DNA of 64,000 nucleotides, from the IMG/VR virus record IMGVR_UViG_3300007513_000009. One strand, given 5' to 3'. This document shows, piece by piece, positions 59,015-64,000 of the stretch (positions are counted from its first letter, which is position 1; the number at the start of each line of letters is the position of its first letter). Below the pieces are notes generated by a model. It made no database searches, was not told the origin of the DNA, and saw nothing but the letters and a program-made list of their open reading frames with translations. Position numbers and translations under genes: made by a program. Source of the DNA: a virus.

Positions 59015-59504
59015 TTTTGAAAAACCAGTTAGAATACCGGGCAAGAAATTAGCCATAACAAAAAAAATGATTGAGGATGCTCAATCACAAACAAAATCAA
59101 ATTCAGCTGCTTCCCGATGGTTGGGTATAAATTATTTAACTTTTAGAAAATATGCTAAGATTTATGGATTATGGGAAGCTAATTTAAATCCACATGGATT
59201 TGGTATAAAGAAAGGTTATGGTAAATATCGAAAACCTTTGGATGAGATACTTGCAAAGAAAAATCGGAAGAATAGATTGAGCTCAAAGTATTTGAAAAAT
59301 AGGCTGATAGGAGAAAAGTGGGTTGAAGAAGAATGTACTTCTTGTGCTTATAATGAGATGGTGTTGGGTAAAGATCATGTTTATTTGCGTTTGGATTTTG
59401 CTGATGGTGATAGGGATAATTATGATATGTCAAATTTGAGATTATTATGCCCAAATTGTTTTTTATCATTTAATGGATGGTTTCCATCTGGGAAGAATTT
59501 TTGA
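59001..59504 (+). CDS. HTH plus degenerate HNH zinc-finger protein
   Basis: SNSAASRWLGINYLTFRKY; CTSC...LDFADGDRDN....NLRLLCPNC. Confidence 0.65.
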   Translation: MSSRSFEKPVRIPGKKLAITKKMIEDAQSQTKSNSAASRWLGINYLTFRKYAKIYGLWEANLNPHGFGIKKGYGKYRKPLDEILAKKNRKNRLSSKYLKNRLIGEKWVEEECTSCAYNEMVLGKDHVYLRLDFADGDRDNYDMSNLRLLCPNCFLSFNGWFPSGKNF

Positions 59505-59680
59505 TGAAGAGAAAAAAACTAATTTTATTAAAAGATCATTTTACTTCAGATGGAGCTCTATATAAAGATGAAATTGTATATTTACATTCGGATGATGAAA
59601 CAAATAAAAAATATAGAGTTGAATCTAAAATGGGTAAATTTTATACAATTGAACAAAATAAAGTAAAGGTATTAGAATGA
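59504..59680 (+). CDS. Hypothetical protein
   Basis: TGATG coupling; ATG 59504 preferred. Confidence 0.5.
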   Translation: MKRKKLILLKDHFTSDGALYKDEIVYLHSDDETNKKYRVESKMGKFYTIEQNKVKVLE

Positions 59681-59859
59681 AACAAGAGAAGGGTATTGTT
59701 GAAAAGGAAATTGCTCGTCCTGATGGTGTCATACATAAAACACAAATAGTTACTATTTTGCATGAGACAGCTATGAGTTATGCTGTTGAGTTGGATGGAA
59801 AGGTATTTCATAATATACCAAAACATTGTGTAAGGAAATTAGATCCAAAAATTACTTGA
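59677..59859 (+). CDS. Hypothetical protein
   Basis: ATGA overlap. Confidence 0.5.
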   Translation: MKQEKGIVEKEIARPDGVIHKTQIVTILHETAMSYAVELDGKVFHNIPKHCVRKLDPKIT

Positions 59860-59884
59860 CATTTATCTTTTTTATATGTAAGTT
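59856..59884 (+). promoter_or_regulatory. Sigma70-like promoter (TTGACA-17-TAAGTT)
   Basis: Perfect -35; the def ATG is 7 nt after the -10. Confidence 0.55.
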
Positions 59885-59890
59885 AATCAT

Positions 59891-60511
59891 ATGAAAGAGA
59901 TGATTAGATTTTCATATCATCAACATGAAATAATAAATTGTTTCAAAGAGAATAATCCAGTTATAAACAAGAAACTGAGGGAGGTATCAGTAGATGAAGG
60001 ATTACATATCGCAAAAGATTTATTCAACATACTCACGGAAAGGAAAGATGGCATTGGGTTGGCTGCTAATCAAGTTGGGATCAATGCTAGTGTTGCTGTA
60101 CTTAATGTCCGCGAGCCAATTATCTTAATCAATCCTGTTATCGAAGAACAATGGGATGAGATTGATTATTATGAAGGATGTTTAAGTTATCCTGGAAAAG
60201 GAATCCACACTAAACGATATAAAAACATTATCGTTAAGACGGAACAAGAAGAAAGTGGATGGTATTTTAGTGGAACTGAATCTTCTACAGAAGCTAAGGG
60301 GACTTGGGAAAAGGAAGGAAAGAATCATGACCAAGAACAAAGGTTATTAGAAGCAATATGTGTTCAACATGAAATTGATCATTTAAATGGAATGACTATC
60401 CACGATAGGAAAATCGATACTACTATTAGAAACGAAAATAAAATTGGAAGAAATGAACCTTGTCATTGTGGTAGTGGTAAAAAATATAAAAAATGTTGTG
60501 AGAGAAAATGA
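59891..60511 (+). CDS. def: Peptide deformylase with C-terminal SEC-C motif
   Basis: [24 protein letters not shown]; [20 protein letters not shown]. Confidence 0.92.
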   Translation: MKEMIRFSYHQHEIINCFKENNPVINKKLREVSVDEGLHIAKDLFNILTERKDGIGLAANQVGINASVAVLNVREPIILINPVIEEQWDEIDYYEGCLSYPGKGIHTKRYKNIIVKTEQEESGWYFSGTESSTEAKGTWEKEGKNHDQEQRLLEAICVQHEIDHLNGMTIHDRKIDTTIRNENKIGRNEPCHCGSGKKYKKCCERK

Positions 60512-60747
60512 AAATAGATACAAATGATTTATCAGTTATGAAAGGATTTATGTCAAGTTATGGTTGGGTAAAAGGTAAGACAAGAACATCTATAGATTAC
60601 AAATCAGTACCAGACCATATATGTAAGGATTTTGATGATGATTGTATTGACATTCCGCGAACATATTGGGAATGTTGGGAATATGATTCAGAGTGTGGCG
60701 TATGTCCTTTTCTTATACAAGAAGTTACAGAAGAAATGAATAAATAA
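60508..60747 (+). CDS. Cys-rich hypothetical protein
   Basis: ATGA overlap. Confidence 0.5.
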   Translation: MKIDTNDLSVMKGFMSSYGWVKGKTRTSIDYKSVPDHICKDFDDDCIDIPRTYWECWEYDSECGVCPFLIQEVTEEMNK

Positions 60748-60749
60748 TA

Positions 60750-60959
60750 ATGGAAAAAAGTGAATTAAATAAAATAATAAAAGAAGTAAATAAATTAATG
60801 AAAAAATACTTAGGTGAAGGTAAATTAGAAGATAAAATAGAAAAATTACTTAAAGATGGAATTGTAGAAATTATAGGTTGTGATGATGTTGGTTTTCCTA
60901 TAGTTAAACCAACCGAAAAGGGTATGCAAATATTTAGGGATAATTACATTAGTGTTTGA
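60750..60959 (+). CDS. Hypothetical protein
   Basis: Tiled ORF. Confidence 0.5.
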   Translation: MEKSELNKIIKEVNKLMKKYLGEGKLEDKIEKLLKDGIVEIIGCDDVGFPIVKPTEKGMQIFRDNYISV

Positions 60960-61392
60960 TAAAACAATAAAACTTACAGGCGAATATCCTAGTGATTGGA
61001 AACCACCAAATACTATTGTTGATATACAAAAAACATTTGCAGCATTTGATTTCTATGATGGTAGAATGATAGGTGGGTCTAAGTGGCAATATTCAGAACT
61101 TCATCCGAAGGATTTGGTTGTATACAATGCAAATGTATTGATGCCTGATTATGGTAAAGTGTGGTATGGTGATTTAAATCTTACAGAAGATTATTTAACA
61201 TTGAGAGAAATTGCTCAAATATTAAATACAGATTTATATATTTTGTGGGAAAGTGATGGAAGATTTGGTGAAGAAAATAACCCAATAGATGAATTGATGG
61301 AGAAGGCTGTTTGGAATACTAAAGAAGATATGCCAACTTTAGATTGGTTAAGTAAAAAAAGAAAGGCTAAATACGATGAAAGAACCACTTGA
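60952..61392 (+). CDS. Hypothetical protein
   Basis: 146 aa tiled ORF. Confidence 0.6.
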   Translation: MFDKTIKLTGEYPSDWKPPNTIVDIQKTFAAFDFYDGRMIGGSKWQYSELHPKDLVVYNANVLMPDYGKVWYGDLNLTEDYLTLREIAQILNTDLYILWESDGRFGEENNPIDELMEKAVWNTKEDMPTLDWLSKKRKAKYDERTT

Positions 61393-61651
61393 TTTGAGTA
61401 AAAAAAGACCTGGACCGTGGGACAATGAAAAATTAAAATTGATTGATGAAAAATCTGGTGAAACATTATTGGAATGTAAAATTGGTGATAAGTATCATCA
61501 GTTACTTTTGGAAATTGGATTGAATGTGATATTGGAAAGGGCAGTATCTGAGTATGAGAGTGGTGGTGATTTTTTGGAGTATGTAAAGAACAGGCCTATG
61601 CAAGAATGGGAATCAAAATTAGATAAAGAGTGGACACCATTAGATGAGTAA
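61376..61651 (+). CDS. Hypothetical protein
   Basis: Tiled ORF. Confidence 0.55.
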   Translation: MKEPLDLSKKRPGPWDNEKLKLIDEKSGETLLECKIGDKYHQLLLEIGLNVILERAVSEYESGGDFLEYVKNRPMQEWESKLDKEWTPLDE

Positions 61652-62159
61652 AGAATATCCAGATATAGTTGATTGGGAAGATTGTATTGAAGAGTGGGAT
61701 TCTTATTATGAGAAATGGTATGTCAAGTATATCATTGGACCCATCGGTACTGCGTATAGGTGGTTGAGAGAGTGGCCGTATCGTATCAAATATTATATGC
61801 AGCGTGGTCGTAGATGTTGGTCTGACCAAGATGCTTGGGCAATAGATTATTGGTTAGTAAGTGGTCTTATTCCAATGGTGGAGCGATTGAAGAAGGAGAA
61901 ATTGGGAGTACCATCGTCAATGTATAAAGATGAAGATAGCGTTAATGCAGTTTCAGTTCCAACTGATTTTGCTGATGTATTGGCAGAGCAACGATGGGAT
62001 AATATATTGGGCGAAATAATTTATGGTTTGAAGTGTGCTAAGAAACTTCAAGATCTTGATTTTGATTACGAAGATGAGGAATTGGGAATGAGGTTATCAA
62101 AGAGTTCTCAGCGCTCACTTGAATTGATAGGAGAACATTTATTTGCCTTATGGGATTAA
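61644..62159 (+). CDS. Trp-rich hypothetical phage protein
   Basis: 171 aa tiled ORF. Confidence 0.6.
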   Translation: MSKEYPDIVDWEDCIEEWDSYYEKWYVKYIIGPIGTAYRWLREWPYRIKYYMQRGRRCWSDQDAWAIDYWLVSGLIPMVERLKKEKLGVPSSMYKDEDSVNAVSVPTDFADVLAEQRWDNILGEIIYGLKCAKKLQDLDFDYEDEELGMRLSKSSQRSLELIGEHLFALWD

Positions 62160-62392
62160 AAAATGAAACAAAAGATATACCTGTATCCAATAAAGATACT
62201 GTCAAAGATTTCAACCAGGTGGCCACTAAGAAGCCCGATGGTCAAGACAACGTGGTGGAAAAATCTAAATCTAAATCTAAATCCGAAGCTGGAAAAGGTG
62301 ATAAACTCAGACGAGGAATCTCACAGAACAAGTGGGGGGAAAAGTGGGAAAAAATTTTTGGAGTCGGAAAACATAGGAAAGAAAAAAAATGA
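62150..62392 (+). CDS. Basic hypothetical protein
   Basis: AGKGDKLR...W.KIF tail; preferred to the overlapping 62163 frame. Confidence 0.5.
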   Translation: MGLKNETKDIPVSNKDTVKDFNQVATKKPDGQDNVVEKSKSKSKSEAGKGDKLRRGISQNKWGEKWEKIFGVGKHRKEKK

Positions 62393-62556
62393 AATCGCAA
62401 TTAAAAGTAATAAAAGAGTTGGTGAATAAATATCCTAATGATATGCAATTGGGAGCAGCTGTTAGAAGTTATCTGAATGAAAATTATTGGAGGTTAGAAA
62501 TGAAGAAAAAAACATCACCTAAAAGTAAATGGGAAAGAGAGCTTGATAAGATATGA
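62389..62556 (+). CDS. 55 aa hypothetical protein, not in the ORF track
   Basis: MKSQLKVIKELVNKYPNDMQLGAAVR...; ATGA overlaps at both ends. Confidence 0.55.
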   Translation: MKSQLKVIKELVNKYPNDMQLGAAVRSYLNENYWRLEMKKKTSPKSKWERELDKI

Positions 62557-63131
62557 AACAATTGATAAAAGATATATTGAAAGATGTGTCTAAAGGTCAA
62601 CCTAATTTAGAATCTGAAGCTGCTAGAGAGGTGGTATCTAATTTAATTATGGCTGGTATAAAATCTAAAGGTTGGTATTTGAATTTAAATACAATTAATG
62701 GTGATTCCCAAATCGATGTTTGTAGGCATGGAAATTCATTAAACAGTAATTGTTCTGAATGTGATGAAGAGCAGGCTAGAGAATCTTGGGTATGTGAAAT
62801 TTGTGGTAAATCTACATATGATGTTGATTATGATTATGTGGGTAGTGGAACTAACCACTTGGGATGTGAGTTAAAAATAGAAATAGATAATAAAGCCGGC
62901 ATTAATCCAAATGATGATTCTGATTATTATACAGGACCTGATGGTAGTTATGAAGTAGCAAAAGTATTAGGACATATGGATGAAGATGGAGAATTTATCA
63001 CAGAAAAAGAAACATATTCAGTAGTTGAAAATTTGGGTTGGGATGCTAAAGATAAGAAACAGAAAAAGATTGGCACGATTACTAAGGATGAATATGATAA
63101 ATTATATCCTTGGCATGAAGAAGAGGGGTAA
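62553..63131 (+). CDS. Hypothetical protein with Cys/His zinc-binding motifs
   Basis: CRHG...CSEC and CEICG...HLGC. Confidence 0.6.
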   Translation: MKQLIKDILKDVSKGQPNLESEAAREVVSNLIMAGIKSKGWYLNLNTINGDSQIDVCRHGNSLNSNCSECDEEQARESWVCEICGKSTYDVDYDYVGSGTNHLGCELKIEIDNKAGINPNDDSDYYTGPDGSYEVAKVLGHMDEDGEFITEKETYSVVENLGWDAKDKKQKKIGTITKDEYDKLYPWHEEEG

Positions 63132-63132
63132 T

Positions 63133-63288
63133 ATGGATTATAAAAAAGAAAGAGATTTGCATTGGTTTAAGAGTGATTTTAGAATTAATTGGTTAAACTT
63201 TTTTGCATGGATAGTGTTTGTGCCAGTATTTGCTTTTTTTAGTTGGTATGGTTTATATAAATTAGTGATGTGGATGATGTATGGCTAG
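63133..63288 (+). CDS. Small membrane protein
   Basis: ATG 63133 after GAGG; hydrophobic C-terminal half. Confidence 0.5.
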   Translation: MDYKKERDLHWFKSDFRINWLNFFAWIVFVPVFAFFSWYGLYKLVMWMMYG

Positions 63289-63445
63289 AGATATATTTGG
63301 AAATAGAAGAGTAACTAAAGAAGATTTGTATACCAAAAAAAGAGTAACTCATGCTGATGTGCGGGGTGAATATGTTAAAATGGTCATATGGATTTTAGCT
63401 GGGTATTTGTTTTTTCATTTTATAGTAATGGGGTGGGAGATATGA
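63281..63445 (+). CDS. 54 aa membrane protein, not in the ORF track
   Basis: MARDIFGNRR...MVIWILAGYLFFHFIVMGWEI; tiles the gap. Confidence 0.5.
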   Translation: MARDIFGNRRVTKEDLYTKKRVTHADVRGEYVKMVIWILAGYLFFHFIVMGWEI

Positions 63446-63687
63446 AACATAAAGATTATATGAAATTAATGAAGACACCATTTGAAGAACTATCGTTAGA
63501 AGACCAAAGAAAACGGACTACTGAATTTCAAAGACGAATGAAGATAGCAACAAAGTTTATGAGCGGTCTTAGAGATGGTAAGATAGATGAAGAATTTGTA
63601 GACTTGATGGAAGATGATGATCCGATGAAAGAAACGATAGAAACAATAAAAATAAAAATGAATGATAATTTAGAGGCAGAAGCGTAG
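63442..63687 (+). CDS. Hypothetical protein
   Basis: ATG 63442 with GGAG RBS preferred to the track start 63388. Confidence 0.55.
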   Translation: MKHKDYMKLMKTPFEELSLEDQRKRTTEFQRRMKIATKFMSGLRDGKIDEEFVDLMEDDDPMKETIETIKIKMNDNLEAEA

Positions 63688-63932
63688 TGGATAAATTACA
63701 AGAATTAATGACAATCACAATGGAAGAATGTGGTGAGTTGATTCAACAATGTAGTAAAGCTATTCGATGTAGCCATTATTACGGCAACGAAAATTTGGTA
63801 GAAGAAGTTGGTGATGTTATGTGTATGATTGATATGTTACACGAATACGATATCATCAGTTGGACAGATGTAGATAATAGAGTATTAGAGAAGAAAAAGA
63901 AATTAATGAAGTGGAGTAGTTTGCTTGATTAA
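63687..63932 (+). CDS. MazG-like nucleotide pyrophosphohydrolase
   Basis: EECGELIQ...EEVGDV (EExxE...ExxD). Confidence 0.75.
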   Translation: MDKLQELMTITMEECGELIQQCSKAIRCSHYYGNENLVEEVGDVMCMIDMLHEYDIISWTDVDNRVLEKKKKLMKWSSLLD

Positions 63933-63933
63933 T

Positions 63934-64000
63934 ATGAAAACTTATTTGACATATGATGATGTAAACATAGTTCCAAAATATTCGGAATTGGAATCTCGTG
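63934..64000 (+). CDS. IMP dehydrogenase / GMP reductase family, N-terminus only (runs off window)
   Basis: MKTYLTYDDVNIVPKYSELESR matches the LT(F/Y)DDVxxxP..S...SR start of GuaB/GuaC. Confidence 0.65.
   Translation, partial: MKTYLTYDDVNIVPKYSELESR

Noticed and set aside
59001-59504. Active homing endonuclease or intron
   Set aside because: Catalytic His residues are absent and no interrupted gene flanks it; polB, nrdJ, recA and helicase show no obvious intein or intron
1-64000. Genome-wide stop codon reassignment (TGA or TAG)
   Set aside because: Conserved genes are full length in the standard code and many end in TGA or TAG at the expected place; only one in-frame TGA was found

Overview
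A 64 kb piece of a large, AT-rich, T4-like (contractile-tailed) phage genome. All credible genes are on the + strand. Order: head module (actin-like gene, ribosomal protein bS21, scaffold, gp23-like major capsid), neck/tail/baseplate module (sheath, tube, chaperone, tape measure, hub), replication module (short PolA-like, gp32 SSB, UvsX/RecA, 5'-3' exonuclease, helicase, class II RNR, PolB, clamp and loaders), accessory genes (Mom-like, DUF1599, ClpP, Cas4-like), a ~16 kb glycan island ending in a pseudaminic-acid-type pathway, then small genes, a peptide deformylase-SEC-C fusion, a MazG-like gene and a truncated IMPDH/GMP reductase. Main discoveries not shown by the ORF track: (1) two apparent ORFs at 31633-32790 are one secreted redoxin with an in-frame UGA in a W-U-P-S-C motif followed by a SECIS-like hairpin, i.e. 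a probable phage-encoded selenoprotein; (2) a volactin-like actin with a membrane-anchored partner whose C-terminal motif recurs in a neck-module gene; (3) a probable +1 frameshift in the tail chaperone; (4) a CMAH-like enzyme inside the nonulosonate pathway. Family calls come from motif recognition only; no database search was run.
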